64,000 bases of DNA from Clostridiales bacterium (GCA_015069575.1 SVIH01000004.1:54859-118858), one strand, 5' to 3'. Counted from the first letter of the stretch, positions 1 through 9,086 are shown. Notes: generated from the sequence alone by a model not told the origin. Translations and numbers: made by a program.

Positions 1-11
1 CAATTTTTTAA

Positions 12-2072
12 TTACTTGCTGATTTTTTCAGCAACTGATTTAGGTACTTCTTCATAGTGTGAGAACTGCATTACATAGTTACCGCGACCCTGTGTGCGTG
101 AACGAAGGTCAGTTGCATAACCAAACATTTCGCTTAATGGTACCATTGCGTGAAGGATCTGAACACCCATAACGCTTTCTGTACCTTCGGGGCGACCACG
201 ACGAGCGCTGATGTTACCCATAACATCGCCTAAATATTCATCAGGCATAGTAACTTCAACTTTCATCATAGGCTCAAGCAAGCAAGCGTCAGCCTTCTTA
301 AGACCTTCCTTGAATGCCATTGAACCTGCAATCTTATAAGCTGCTTCTGAAGAGTCAACATCATGGTATGAACCATCAAGAAGTTCAACCTTAAAGTCAA
401 CAACTTCGTAGCCGTGAAGACCGCTCTTTGCAGCATCACGAATACCTGCATCAACTGCAGGAATATATTCTTTGGGAACAACACCACCAACGGTTTTGTT
501 CTCGAATGAATAACCTTCGCCTGGTTCTGTGGGGATCATCTTGATTACGCAGTGACCGTACTGACCGTGACCACCGGACTGACGGATAAACTTACCTTCC
601 TGAGTAACTTCACGGCGGATAGTTTCTTTATATGAAACCTGAGGTGCACCAACGGTAGCCTCAACCTTGAATTCTCTTAAAAGTCGGTCAACGATAATTT
701 CAAGATGCAATTCGCCCATACCGGCGATAATTGTCTGTCCTGTATCCTGATCGGTATAAGTCTTGAATGTAGGATCTTCTTCAGCAAGTTTAACAAGAGC
801 CATGGTCATTTTTTCTTGACCTGCTTTTGTTTTAGGCTCGATCGCAACATTAATAACGGGATCGGGGAATTCCATTGATTCAAGAATTACGCGCTGTGAT
901 TCATCACAGAGTGTATCACCTGTGGTTGTATCTTTTAAACCAACTGCAGCAGCAATATCACCGGCATAAACCTTATCGATTTCTTCGCGGTGGTTTGCGT
1001 GCATCATAAGAATACGGCCAAAACGTTCCCTCTTGTTCTTTACGCTGTTGTAAACGTATGAACCTGCTTCGCATGTACCGGAATAAACACGGAAGAATGC
1101 AAGCTTACCAACAAAGGGGTCTGTCATAATCTTAAATGCAAGTGCTGAGAATGGTTCTTCATCAGAAGCCTTTCTTTCAACTTCTTCATCGCTATCAGGA
1201 AGTTTACCCTTAATAGCAGGAATATCAACAGGTGATGGCATATAATCTACGATAGCATCAAGGAGCATCTGAACGCCCTTGTTGTGATAAGATGTACCGC
1301 AGAAAACAGGTGTTACCTTGTTAGCGATGGTTGCTTTACGAAGAGCTGCTTTAAGTTCTTCAATAGTAGGAGTTTCTTCCATAAGGAATTTTTCCATAAG
1401 TTCATCATCTGTTTCGCAGATGCTTTCAACCATCATATCATGGTATTCCTGTGCCTTTTCAACCATATCTTCAGGGATATCAACGATATCGATCTGCTCG
1501 CCAAGGTTATCCTTATAGATGCGTGCCTTCATATCAAGAAGGTCAATGATACCAACGAAAGTATCTTCAGATCCGATAGGTAACTGCATAGCGATAGCGT
1601 TTGCATGAAGACGGGTCTTCATCATATCAAGAACGCGGTAGAAGTTTGCACCCATAATATCCATTTTGTTAACGTAAGCCATACGGGGTACGCCATATTT
1701 AACTGCCTGATTCCAAACAGTTTCGGACTGGGGTTCTACGCCGCCCTTTGCACAGAAAACTGATACTGCGCCGTCAAGAACACGAAGTGAACGTTCAACC
1801 TCAACAGTAAAGTCAACGTGGCCGGGGGTATCAATAATGTTGATACGGTGACCCTTCCACTGAGCTGTTGTAGCAGCAGAAGTAATTGTGATACCACGTT
1901 CCTTTTCCTGCTCCATCCAGTCCATTGTTGCTCCACCTTCGTGAGTTTCACCAATCTTGTGAATCTTACCGGTGTAGTAAAGAATTCTTTCTGTAGTTGT
2001 TGTTTTACCGGCATCGATGTGAGCCATGATACCGATATTTCTTGTATTTTCAAGTGTAAATGCTCTTGGCAT
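12..2072 (-). CDS. fusA: Translation elongation factor G
   Basis: 686 aa; G1 motif [17 protein letters not shown]; full-length EF-G architecture; GGAGG RBS upstream of the ATG. Confidence 0.97.
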   Translation of the reverse strand: MPRAFTLENTRNIGIMAHIDAGKTTTTERILYYTGKIHKIGETHEGGATMDWMEQEKERGITITSAATTAQWKGHRINIIDTPGHVDFTVEVERSLRVLDGAVSVFCAKGGVEPQSETVWNQAVKYGVPRMAYVNKMDIMGANFYRVLDMMKTRLHANAIAMQLPIGSEDTFVGIIDLLDMKARIYKDNLGEQIDIVDIPEDMVEKAQEYHDMMVESICETDDELMEKFLMEETPTIEELKAALRKATIANKVTPVFCGTSYHNKGVQMLLDAIVDYMPSPVDIPAIKGKLPDSDEEVERKASDEEPFSALAFKIMTDPFVGKLAFFRVYSGTCEAGSYVYNSVKNKRERFGRILMMHANHREEIDKVYAGDIAAAVGLKDTTTGDTLCDESQRVILESMEFPDPVINVAIEPKTKAGQEKMTMALVKLAEEDPTFKTYTDQDTGQTIIAGMGELHLEIIVDRLLREFKVEATVGAPQVSYKETIRREVTQEGKFIRQSGGHGQYGHCVIKMIPTEPGEGYSFENKTVGGVVPKEYIPAVDAGIRDAAKSGLHGYEVVDFKVELLDGSYHDVDSSEAAYKIAGSMAFKEGLKKADACLLEPMMKVEVTMPDEYLGDVMGNISARRGRPEGTESVMGVQILHAMVPLSEMFGYATDLRSRTQGRGNYVMQFSHYEEVPKSVAEKISK

Positions 2073-2093
2073 AACTTTTCCTCCCTACGAAAA

Positions 2094-2564
2094 TTACCAA
2101 CGATAATGGGCGAATGCTTTGTTGGATTCGGCCATCTTGTGGGTATCTTCACGCTTCTTAACACTTGCGCCGGTGTTGTTTGCAGCATCAAGAATTTCAG
2201 CTGCAAGCCTTTCAGCCATTGTGCGTTCACCACGTTTGCGTGTGAACATTACAAGCCAGCGAAGGCCAAGTGTCTGTCTGCGGTCAGGGCGAACTTCAAT
2301 TGGAACCTGGTAGTTTGAACCACCAACACGACGGGCTTTTGTTTCAAGCAAAGGCATAACATTTTCCATTGCTTCTGTAAAAACCTCTAAAGGTTCACGG
2401 CCTGTCTTTTCCTTTATAATATCAAAAGCGTCATAACAGATGCGCTGTGCTGTACCCTTTTTACCATCGTACATTACCTGGTTGATAAGTTTTGTTACAA
2501 CCTTGGAATTATACATAGGATCCGGAAGTACATCGCGCTTTTGCACGCCACCTCTTCTAGGCAT
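2094..2564 (-). CDS. rpsG: 30S ribosomal protein S7
   Basis: 156 aa, MPRRG...VLPDP N-terminus typical of uS7; sits between rpsL and fusA. Confidence 0.97.
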   Translation of the reverse strand: MPRRGGVQKRDVLPDPMYNSKVVTKLINQVMYDGKKGTAQRICYDAFDIIKEKTGREPLEVFTEAMENVMPLLETKARRVGGSNYQVPIEVRPDRRQTLGLRWLVMFTRKRGERTMAERLAAEILDAANNTGASVKKREDTHKMAESNKAFAHYRW

Positions 2565-2634
2565 AATTATTTCCTCCTTAAACTGTGTGCTTTACCTTAT
2601 ATAATAAAGCTAAACGATATTTTTTAAAATAAAA

Positions 2635-2670
2635 TCATCGCTCCGTCAGCATACTCGGAGACTTAGATGA
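2635..2670 (-). terminator. Intercistronic hairpin plus U-run between rpsL and rpsG (possible partial terminator or attenuator)
   Basis: Minus strand TCATC..CTCCG-loop-CGGAG..GATGA followed by TTTTATTTT, inside a 145-nt rpsL-rpsG spacer. Confidence 0.3.
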
Positions 2671-2709
2671 CACCTTATAAATAATAATAAACGCAGCGAA
2701 TGTTTAAAA

Positions 2710-3087
2710 TTATTTCTTAGGTCTCTTTGCGCCGTACTTGCTTCTTGCCTGCATTCTCTTTGCTACGCCTGCTGTATCAAGTGCGCCACGGATAATGTGG
2801 TATCTTACACCAGGAAGATCCTTAACACGTCCGCCACGGATAAGAACAACTGAGTGCTCCTGAAGATTGTGGCCGATGCCAGGAATGTAGCATGTACCTT
2901 CCATGCCGTTTGCAGCAAGACGAACACGAGCAACCTTACGGAGTGCTGAGTTAGGCTTCTTGGGCGTCATGGTCTTAACGCTAAGGCAAACACCTCTGCG
3001 CTGAGGGCATTGCTGAAGAATAGGAGCTGAAGACTTATATGTGGTCTTCTTCCTGCCGTTTTTAATAATCTGATTAATTGTTGGCAA
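2710..3087 (-). CDS. rpsL: 30S ribosomal protein S12
   Basis: uS12 sequence (PTINQ...[10 protein letters not shown]). I place the start at TTG 3087, preceded by GGAGGAAAAGAAA; the ORF-track start at 3141 is an upstream extension. Confidence 0.95.
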   Translation of the reverse strand: MPTINQIIKNGRKKTTYKSSAPILQQCPQRRGVCLSVKTMTPKKPNSALRKVARVRLAANGMEGTCYIPGIGHNLQEHSVVLIRGGRVKDLPGVRYHIIRGALDTAGVAKRMQARSKYGAKRPKK

Positions 3088-3240
3088 TTTTCTTTTCCTC
3101 CTTCCCCGGAAAAATAGAAATAATATTTGATAATTCCGCAACCCTCGGAACTAATCGCAATATGCTTTTATGCCCTTTTTATACATCAGTTTTGCACACA
3201 TTGGCAAAATAATGCATTCTATTAGGCATAATGCTTTCAT

Positions 3241-3269
3241 ATAATATACCACTTTTCAAGGAATGTCAA
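3241..3269 (-). promoter_or_regulatory. Candidate sigma-A promoter of the str operon
   Basis: Minus strand TTGACA-17 nt-TATTAT about 150 nt upstream of rpsL. Confidence 0.5.
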
Positions 3270-3400
3270 ACGATTTTTGCAAAAATTTTCAAGTTTTTTT
3301 GCCCTCAATCTCCCACGCCGCAAGGACTTTTAAGAAATCCACTATATGTAGTATCCCATAAAAAATTTAACAACTATCGCATATTTTTTAATAAAAATAT

Positions 3401-3429
3401 TTGACAAATTATTTTTTTGCACATATAAT
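3401..3429 (+). promoter_or_regulatory. Consensus sigma-A promoter for tRNA-Pro
   Basis: TTGACA (3401-3406), 17-nt spacer, TATAAT (3424-3429), 24 nt upstream of the tRNA. Confidence 0.7.
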
Positions 3430-3453
3430 ACATAGGAAATCAATTTTTTCTTT

Positions 3454-3530
3454 CGAGGCGTAGCGCAGTTTGGTAGCGCATCTGGTTTGGGACCAGAGGG
3501 CCGCAGGTTCGAATCCTGTCGCCTCGACCA
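3454..3530 (+). tRNA. tRNA-Pro (anticodon UGG), CCA encoded
   Basis: 77-nt cloverleaf folded by hand: acceptor CGAGGCG/CGCCTCG, D arm GCGC/GCGC, anticodon stem TCTGG/CCAGA with loop TTTGGGA, T arm GCAGG-TTCGAAT-CCTGT, then A-CCA. Confidence 0.95.
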
Positions 3531-3533
3531 AAA

Positions 3534-3561
3534 ATCCTCATTCGTAAGAATGGGGATTTTT
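3534..3561 (+). terminator. Intrinsic terminator of tRNA-Pro
   Basis: 10-bp stem ATCCTCATTC/GAATGGGGAT, GTAA loop, followed by TTTT. Confidence 0.75.
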
Positions 3562-3564
3562 ACT

Positions 3565-3592
3565 TTTTCACTCTTCACTTTTCACTCTTCAC
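3565..3592. repeat. Perfect tandem 14-mer x2 (TTTTCACTCTTCAC)
   Basis: 3565-3578 equals 3579-3592. Its 3' part (CTTCACTATTC, 3587-3597) is inverted-repeated at 3642-3652. Confidence 0.85.
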
Positions 3593-3694
3593 TATTCTCT
3601 AAGTTCTGGATAGAGGATTTTTGGAAGTAATAAGTAATAGTGAATAGTGAAGAAGTTCGGTGTCTGCTTCGCAGACGTATTTATAATATTTTGC

Positions 3695-3727
3695 AAAATG
3701 CCGAAATCGGCATTTTCTTTTTTTATA
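3695..3727 (+). terminator. Orphan plus-strand intrinsic terminator
   Basis: AAAATGCC-loop-GGCATTTT followed by CTTTTTTT; no plus-strand ORF precedes it. Confidence 0.5.
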
Positions 3728-3847
3728 AACGTTTTTTATGTTTTCTCACATTCTCCAATCATTTTTTCTGTTTCTAAAATGATTCAAAAGTATTAACAGA
3801 CAATAATATGAAATATTTCATATTTTGGCTACCATAATTACCTTAAG

Positions 3848-3878
3848 GCTGATTCAGAACGAATCAGCTTTATTTTTT
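3848..3878 (+). terminator. Orphan plus-strand intrinsic terminator
   Basis: GCTGATTC-AGAAC-GAATCAGC followed by TTTATTTTTT; no plus-strand ORF precedes it. Confidence 0.5.
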
Positions 3879-3947
3879 GCACTCTACCACATTTATTTTT
3901 ATAAACGAATATCCAAATTTTTTATTATTTTTTAGCAAACGTCTCTC

Positions 3948-4005
3948 GGGTTGTTAAAAGTTATGATTTTGTGTTGACTTTTGGGTTGTTATGTGTTATG
4001 ATTTT
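3948..4005 (+). promoter_or_regulatory. 23-bp direct repeat pair over the methyltransferase promoter (candidate operator)
   Basis: GGGTTGTTAaaaGTTATGATTTT (3948-3970) versus GGGTTGTTAtgtGTTATGATTTT (3983-4005); 20/23 identical, 35-bp period; the second copy covers the spacer and -10. Confidence 0.4.
3974..4002 (+). promoter_or_regulatory. Candidate sigma-A promoter of the methyltransferase gene
   Basis: TTGACT (3974-3979), 17 nt, TATGAT (3997-4002), 31 nt upstream of ATG 4033. Confidence 0.55.
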
Positions 4006-4032
4006 TACAGAATCCTTCATGAGGTGATACAG

Positions 4033-5283
4033 ATGTACATATCGAGATTAAAAATTCAAGAAGCAATGTGTTCGCGTGGAATAAAAACATTTACCGAATT
4101 AGCAGACAAAGTTGGTATAACTAAAAATCAATTGTCGTTGATGATCTCTGACAATTATAATCCATTCAAATCAAAAGTTATGGATCTCTGCGAGGCACTT
4201 GATGTTATGCCAGATGACATCATAAACATTTCAACGCTAAATGATCCCATCCCTTTTCATGAAGAAATCACACCTGAGGATGTTACCGCTATTGAACTTT
4301 TTGCCGGAGCAGGTGGATTAGCTCTAGGTCTTGAGCAAGCAGGAATTAAAACACTCAAACACGTTGAATTCGATAAAGCCTGTTGTGAGACATTACGAAC
4401 TAACAGACCGTATTGGAATGTTACCTGTGAAGATATTCATAATGTAGACTTCACTGAATATAGAGGAAAAATTGATATTGTTACCGGTGGCTTCCCATGT
4501 CAAGCATTTAGCTACGCAGGTAAAAAAATGGGATTTGATGATACTCGTGGAACGCTTTTTCATGAGTTTGCGAGATGCGTTCAGGAAGTCCAACCAAAAA
4601 TGTTTTTGGCTGAAAATGTTAGGGGACTTGCAAGTCACGATAACGGACGTACATTGGAAACAATTATTTATGTTTTTGAAAGCTTGGGATATACAATTGA
4701 TAATCGAAAGAAAATTTTAAATGCTTGTTACTATGGCGTTGGACAAAAACGAGAAAGAATTGTAATCATCGGCATCCGTAATGACTTAGTTAATGATATA
4801 AATTTTGAATATCCAACACCCGACAAAGAATGGACCACTTTACGCACAGCTCTAAAAAATTGCCCGCCATCCATAGGTGAAGAATATAGTGCCAAGAAAA
4901 AAGCAGTTTTTAAACTTGTCCCTCCAGGTGGTTGTTGGGTAGATCTCCCTGATGATGTTGCTAAAGCATATATGGGAAAATCCTATTATAGTGGTGGTGG
5001 TCGTCGCGGCATGGCGCGACGTATTTCCTGGGATGAACCATGCTTAACTCTTACATGCAGCCCCTCACAAAAACAAACTGATCGATGTCATCCTGAAGAG
5101 GTTAGACCCTTTACAGTGCGTGAATATGCTAGAATTCAATCGTTCCCCGATGACTGGCAATTTGCTGGAGGTATTGCAGATCAATATAAACAAATTGGAA
5201 ATGCTGTTCCCGTCGAATTATCACGTAGGATAGGCATTCAACTCAAAATTTCAATACAGGAACACAAAAAAAGGAACGTTTAA
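4033..5283 (+). CDS. DNA (cytosine-5)-methyltransferase with N-terminal XRE-type HTH domain
   Basis: Motif I FAGAGG, motif IV GGFPCQAFS, VI ENV, VIII QKRERIVIIG, X GNAVPV. N-terminal ~65 aa HTH (FTELADKVGITKNQLSLMISD). Start moved to ATG 4033 (GAGGTG RBS). Confidence 0.9.
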   Translation: MYISRLKIQEAMCSRGIKTFTELADKVGITKNQLSLMISDNYNPFKSKVMDLCEALDVMPDDIINISTLNDPIPFHEEITPEDVTAIELFAGAGGLALGLEQAGIKTLKHVEFDKACCETLRTNRPYWNVTCEDIHNVDFTEYRGKIDIVTGGFPCQAFSYAGKKMGFDDTRGTLFHEFARCVQEVQPKMFLAENVRGLASHDNGRTLETIIYVFESLGYTIDNRKKILNACYYGVGQKRERIVIIGIRNDLVNDINFEYPTPDKEWTTLRTALKNCPPSIGEEYSAKKKAVFKLVPPGGCWVDLPDDVAKAYMGKSYYSGGGRRGMARRISWDEPCLTLTCSPSQKQTDRCHPEEVRPFTVREYARIQSFPDDWQFAGGIADQYKQIGNAVPVELSRRIGIQLKISIQEHKKRNV

Positions 5284-5298
5284 AACGCTCCTTTATGG

Positions 5299-6009
5299 TT
5301 ACTCCTCTTCGGCGGTTTCTTGAATGTTTTCTGCTAGTTTCCGAACCGTTTCATCCACCATTTCCACTGCATTAATATCATCGGCAACTTCAGCAAATGC
5401 ATTAATCAAATCTTCATAAAAATGGTTATCTCCGGTTAATCGTGTCCAAAATTCATCGCCAATTAAAACAGGGTAATCTTCATCAATTGCTTTATAAAAT
5501 GAACTCAAATCTTCACGTGTTCCATAGCAAACACCTACAACACAATCCATAGATGCGATTGCTGTTCCGTTTGTTCTTGCAAGGTGAATCGCACCTCTAA
5601 AGTGATCTTTGATAGTTTTTATATCGTCCTTATTAATTGTATTAGGTCCTGCTTTTAATTGGCAATATTTTCGTCTACCATCTACAGCATCAATAAATTC
5701 AATATCCATTCCTGCAGTTGTAGATGGATAAGATTGACGGAGCTCATTACAAAACCTTTGAACAAAATTTCCAAACCCTGTTGTCATTGATGTACCGAAA
5801 GCTCTTGGATATAATAATGCTTTTGCTCGATTTTCCGGGGTGTCTTCACCAAACGCAAATTTTGTAAGATATTTCAATAAAAAAGGATTAACAATGAAAT
5901 TTTTTAGTTTATCTAACTTTTGCGTATTCTTATAATGATTAGCAGCAAAAGAATCACGAAATAGACTTTTTGCCGTATTTAATAATGCGGCTTTTTCAAC
6001 CTCGGTCAA
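5299..6009 (-). CDS. Putative type II restriction endonuclease (PD-(D/E)XK-like), partner of the C5 methyltransferase
   Basis: 236 aa, convergent with the methylase, 15 bp between stops. Candidate catalytic segment DIEFIDAVDGRRKYCQLKAGPNT (D...QxK). From memory resembles the TdeIII/EcoO109I-type small REase layout; not verified. TTG start. Confidence 0.5.
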   Translation of the reverse strand: MTEVEKAALLNTAKSLFRDSFAANHYKNTQKLDKLKNFIVNPFLLKYLTKFAFGEDTPENRAKALLYPRAFGTSMTTGFGNFVQRFCNELRQSYPSTTAGMDIEFIDAVDGRRKYCQLKAGPNTINKDDIKTIKDHFRGAIHLARTNGTAIASMDCVVGVCYGTREDLSSFYKAIDEDYPVLIGDEFWTRLTGDNHFYEDLINAFAEVADDINAVEMVDETVRKLAENIQETAEEE

Positions 6010-6097
6010 CTTGAAACAACCCCTTCGTTTTAAGTAATTATAATCTTTTGTTTAATTATAACATAAATAAGTTTCCAACACAATACTTATATTTATC

Positions 6098-6139
6098 AAT
6101 CACCGCGTCTACTTATATAGGCGCGGTGATTTCTTTTTT
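6098..6139 (+). terminator. Plus-strand intrinsic terminator just beyond the 5' end of the endonuclease gene
   Basis: AATCACCGCG...CGCGGTGATT stem followed by TCTTTTTT; only plus-strand oriented. Confidence 0.6.
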
Positions 6140-6278
6140 AGGGGACTTGATTTTTGAAAATTTAAAACAATAGTAATTTCCATAGTGATCAAAGGATATG
6201 TACTGTTTTCGACTGCGAAAAACCTAGTATTTATGCGGGTTTGTGCTTGATTACTATAACGCTACTCCGACCATAAAC

Positions 6279-6308
6279 AAGCCACCTTTACTGAAGGTGG
6301 CTTTTTTA
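6279..6308 (+). terminator. Orphan plus-strand intrinsic terminator
   Basis: AAGCCACCTT-TACTG-AAGGTGGCTT followed by TTTTA. Confidence 0.6.
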
Positions 6309-6403
6309 TTGTAGATAGGATTCGAAGTTTGAGAAGGTACGAGGCTAAAAATTTCCGGCAACGCGTGCGATTTTTATAAATCAAAACTAAACAATATGCA
6401 TTG

Positions 6404-6432
6404 TTGCAAAACAAACTAAAAACTGATATAAT
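6404..6432 (+). promoter_or_regulatory. Candidate promoter of ktrBA
   Basis: TTGCAA-17 nt-TATAAT, 43 nt upstream of the ktrB ATG. Confidence 0.55.
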
Positions 6433-6474
6433 ATATTTGTTTTAAAAAAATAATTTAAGGTATTTGCTATAAAT

Positions 6475-7833
6475 ATGAAAAAACGACAACGGCTTGTGTC
6501 CACAACTCACATAATATTGTTAAGTTTTTTAGTTGTGATATTTATAGGTGCATTGCTCTTATGGTTACCCATAAGTTCTTCTGACGGAAAATCTGTTCCG
6601 TTTTTAAATGCACTTTTTACTGCAACAACTTCCACTTGTGTTACAGGATTGGTTGTAACACCAACAGTTTCTTCCTGGAGTATCTTTGGGCAAATAGTTA
6701 TTCTTTTATTGATACAAATAGGCGGGCTTGGTGTTATAACTATTATTTCCGGCCTGATGATAGCATTGCATAAAAAAATGGGTATTGGCGACAGGCTTCT
6801 TTTAGAAGACGCTTTTAACCTTAACACGCTTTCGGGATTGGTGCGCTTTGTTAAAAAAGTTGTAACGGGAACCTTTATTATAGAAGGTTTAGGCTCGTTA
6901 CTTTATATGACCGTTTTTATTCCGCAATTTGGTGTTCGGGGAATATGGGTATCTGTTTTTACTTCCGTTTCAGCATTTTGCAATGCAGGAATTGATATAA
7001 TTTCCCAAAACAGCCTTTGTGATTACGCTTTGAACCCTGTAATAAACATTGTTACCTGTGCTTTAATTGTTTTGGGTGGTATAGGATATGTTGTTTGGTG
7101 GGATGTTCTTCGGGTATTAAAACTTATGCCCAAAAAGAAGATAAAATTTTTTAAAAGCCTTACTCTTCACAGCAAAATCGCGATTTTTACAACCTTTATT
7201 TTGATTGTTTCCGGCGCCGTTTTAATATTTGTTTTTGAATATAATAATCCACACACCATAAAAGATTACACATTAGGTGAAAAAATTCAGGTTTGCTTGT
7301 TTCAGTCAATTACCACAAGAACTGCCGGTTTTGCAACCGTACCCCAGGAAAACTTAACCAATGCTTCATCAATAATTTGCTTGTTTTTAATGTTTATTGG
7401 TGGCTCTCCTGTTGGTACTGCAGGCGGAATTAAAACTGTTACATTTGCTATAATTATAGCTTCGGCTTTTTCCTTAATTTTTAATAAAGACGATACTGAA
7501 CTGTTTGGAAGACGGGTTAAAAAGCAAGCCATCAGCAAGGCAATGGCTGTTACATGCATTTCCTTTATTACAATGTTTGTTTCTACGATTCTTCTTTGTG
7601 CAATTACAGATGCAAACGCACTTGATATTATTTACGAAACTGTTAGCGCAACAGCCACCGTTGGTCTTACAAGAAACCTAACCCTTTACCTTAATGACTT
7701 TGGCAAACTGATTATTATTGTTACAATGTATTTAGGCAGAGTGGGTCCAATATCCTTAGCCATTGCATTTAACAGAAAAAAAGAAAATCAAAATATTGTC
7801 AGAAACCCCGCTGAAGAAATCAGTGTGGGATAA
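6475..7833 (+). CDS. ktrB: Potassium uptake protein, TrkH/KtrB family membrane subunit
   Basis: 452 aa polytopic membrane protein with repeated selectivity-filter-like GLGV / GGxG segments; followed by ktrA. Confidence 0.9.
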   Translation: MKKRQRLVSTTHIILLSFLVVIFIGALLLWLPISSSDGKSVPFLNALFTATTSTCVTGLVVTPTVSSWSIFGQIVILLLIQIGGLGVITIISGLMIALHKKMGIGDRLLLEDAFNLNTLSGLVRFVKKVVTGTFIIEGLGSLLYMTVFIPQFGVRGIWVSVFTSVSAFCNAGIDIISQNSLCDYALNPVINIVTCALIVLGGIGYVVWWDVLRVLKLMPKKKIKFFKSLTLHSKIAIFTTFILIVSGAVLIFVFEYNNPHTIKDYTLGEKIQVCLFQSITTRTAGFATVPQENLTNASSIICLFLMFIGGSPVGTAGGIKTVTFAIIIASAFSLIFNKDDTELFGRRVKKQAISKAMAVTCISFITMFVSTILLCAITDANALDIIYETVSATATVGLTRNLTLYLNDFGKLIIIVTMYLGRVGPISLAIAFNRKKENQNIVRNPAEEISVG

Positions 7834-7850
7834 CAAAGGAGCATTTTATT

Positions 7851-8498
7851 ATGAGCATTAATAAAACCTACGCAGTATTAGGTCTTGGCAGATATGGCAG
7901 AGCCGTTGCAGAAGAACTTGTTAACAGCGGTGCAGAAGTGTTGGCCGTTGACAGCAATCAAAGTAATGTTGACAGTGCAATTGAAACCATTCCTGTTTGC
8001 AAATGCGCTGATATTACCGAGCCTGAAGCAATTAAGCGTCTTGGTATTTCAAATATTGATGTTGTTGTTGTGGCAATGGCAGGCAATCTTGAAGCAAGCG
8101 TACTTGCAGTAGCATTGTGTAAAGAAGCGGGTGTAAAAACGGTTATTGCAAAATGCGCAAATGAATTACATCAAAAGATTCTTAATCGAGTAGGTGCAGA
8201 TAAAGTAATCTTCCCTGAAAAAGAATCCGGAATACGCCTTGCAAAAAACTTGCTTTCATCAGGTTTTTTAGAAATGATAGAGCTTTCTGATAAAGTTTCA
8301 ATGGTTGAAATCAATATAAAAGACCAATGGGTAGGCAAAACTCTTGCTGAATTAAATTTAAGAAAAAAATATTTAATTAATGTTGTTGCAATTAAACAGG
8401 GAAATAAAATAGATACTGCATTTGACCCTTCTGTTCCCCTTGAAAAAGACATGGAACTTATTGTTATTGCAGATACTGCAAAATTACAAAAATTATAA
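7851..8498 (+). CDS. ktrA: Potassium uptake protein, TrkA/KtrA RCK-domain subunit
   Basis: 215 aa; Rossmann motif VLGLGRYGRAVA plus C-terminal RCK_C-like region. Confidence 0.9.
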   Translation: MSINKTYAVLGLGRYGRAVAEELVNSGAEVLAVDSNQSNVDSAIETIPVCKCADITEPEAIKRLGISNIDVVVVAMAGNLEASVLAVALCKEAGVKTVIAKCANELHQKILNRVGADKVIFPEKESGIRLAKNLLSSGFLEMIELSDKVSMVEINIKDQWVGKTLAELNLRKKYLINVVAIKQGNKIDTAFDPSVPLEKDMELIVIADTAKLQKL

Positions 8499-8500
8499 TA

Positions 8501-8737
8501 GTGGTAAAAAATATGCATAAAAATAAAGGAAAATTAGTTGCCCCAATTATAGTAACTATTATTATGATTGTTTATTGCGTTATTTACTTTGGTTTTCTAA
8601 TAATGCTTATAAGCGGTATCTGGCGATGGGTTTTAGGCATTATTCCCGTTGTTTTTTCGGTGATTTTAATCAAAGTTTGCATAGAACGAATTATTGAAAT
8701 AAAGAAAGGTGAAGAAGATGATCTTAGTAAATACTGA
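8501..8737 (+). CDS. Small two-TM membrane protein, unknown function
   Basis: ORF with two hydrophobic helices and an acidic tail; start uncertain (GTG 8501 or ATG 8513); weak RBS. Confidence 0.45.
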   Translation: MVKNMHKNKGKLVAPIIVTIIMIVYCVIYFGFLIMLISGIWRWVLGIIPVVFSVILIKVCIERIIEIKKGEEDDLSKY

Positions 8738-9035
8738 TTACATCAGCGGTAAGGAATTTAAAATGTTAGGGCTTGTAAAAGGCAGTACTATTCAATCCAA
8801 GCATATTGGCAAAGATATTGCACAAAGTTTTAAAACTTTAGTTGGCGGTGAACTTAAAGGCTATAACGATATGATGAACGAAGCACGGGCGCTTGCTACA
8901 AAAAGAATGGTGGCAGAAGCTGAAAGTCTTGGGGCAGATGCTGTTGTAAATATCCGCTACGCTTCATCGGCGATTATGCAAGGCGCTGCTGAGGTTATTG
9001 CATACGGCACAGCAGTGTGCTTTGTTGAGAAATAA
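8718..9035 (+). CDS. YbjQ/UPF0145 family protein
   Basis: 105 aa; typical YbjQ pattern (GxxxG...GGEL..Y......R..A...M...A..LGA[DN]AV). Start moved to ATG 8718 after an AAAGG RBS. Confidence 0.85.
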   Translation: MILVNTDYISGKEFKMLGLVKGSTIQSKHIGKDIAQSFKTLVGGELKGYNDMMNEARALATKRMVAEAESLGADAVVNIRYASSAIMQGAAEVIAYGTAVCFVEK

Positions 9036-9086
9036 CAATATAAGTTAACATTTTCACAAAATCCATAAAAGCGGAGGATAAACTTA

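Noticed and set aside
3342-3578. 78-aa minus-strand ORF
   Set aside because: It lies antisense across the tRNA-Pro gene, its promoter and terminator. It has no RBS, and part of its sequence is just the reverse translation of the tRNA. Spurious.
3565-3592. Tandem 14-mers considered as a CRISPR or iteron array
   Set aside because: Only two contiguous copies with no spacers and no cas or rep genes. Reported simply as a tandem repeat.
3633-3655. AGTAAT...ATAGTGA motif also present at 6172-6196, possibly direct repeats bounding the R-M genes
   Set aside because: Only ~13 scattered matching bases in AT-rich DNA with a variable spacer. Indistinguishable from chance without comparative data.
6317-6345. 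AGGATTCGAA and GTACGAGGC, resembling the reverse complement of the tRNA-Pro T-arm and acceptor end, at the far side of the R-M islet (possible att scar)
   Set aside because: The matches are short (12/13 and ~8/10), inverted rather than direct relative to the tRNA, and in the wrong order to be colinear with it. The flanking bases cannot form a T stem. Could be a very decayed tRNA fragment, but there is no support for an att site.
6140-6474. Possible c-di-AMP (ydaO/kimA) or other riboswitch upstream of ktrBA
   Set aside because: None of the conserved ydaO-type sequence blocks or pseudo-symmetric helices could be found. The promoter-like element lies only ~43 nt from the ATG, leaving no room for an aptamer.
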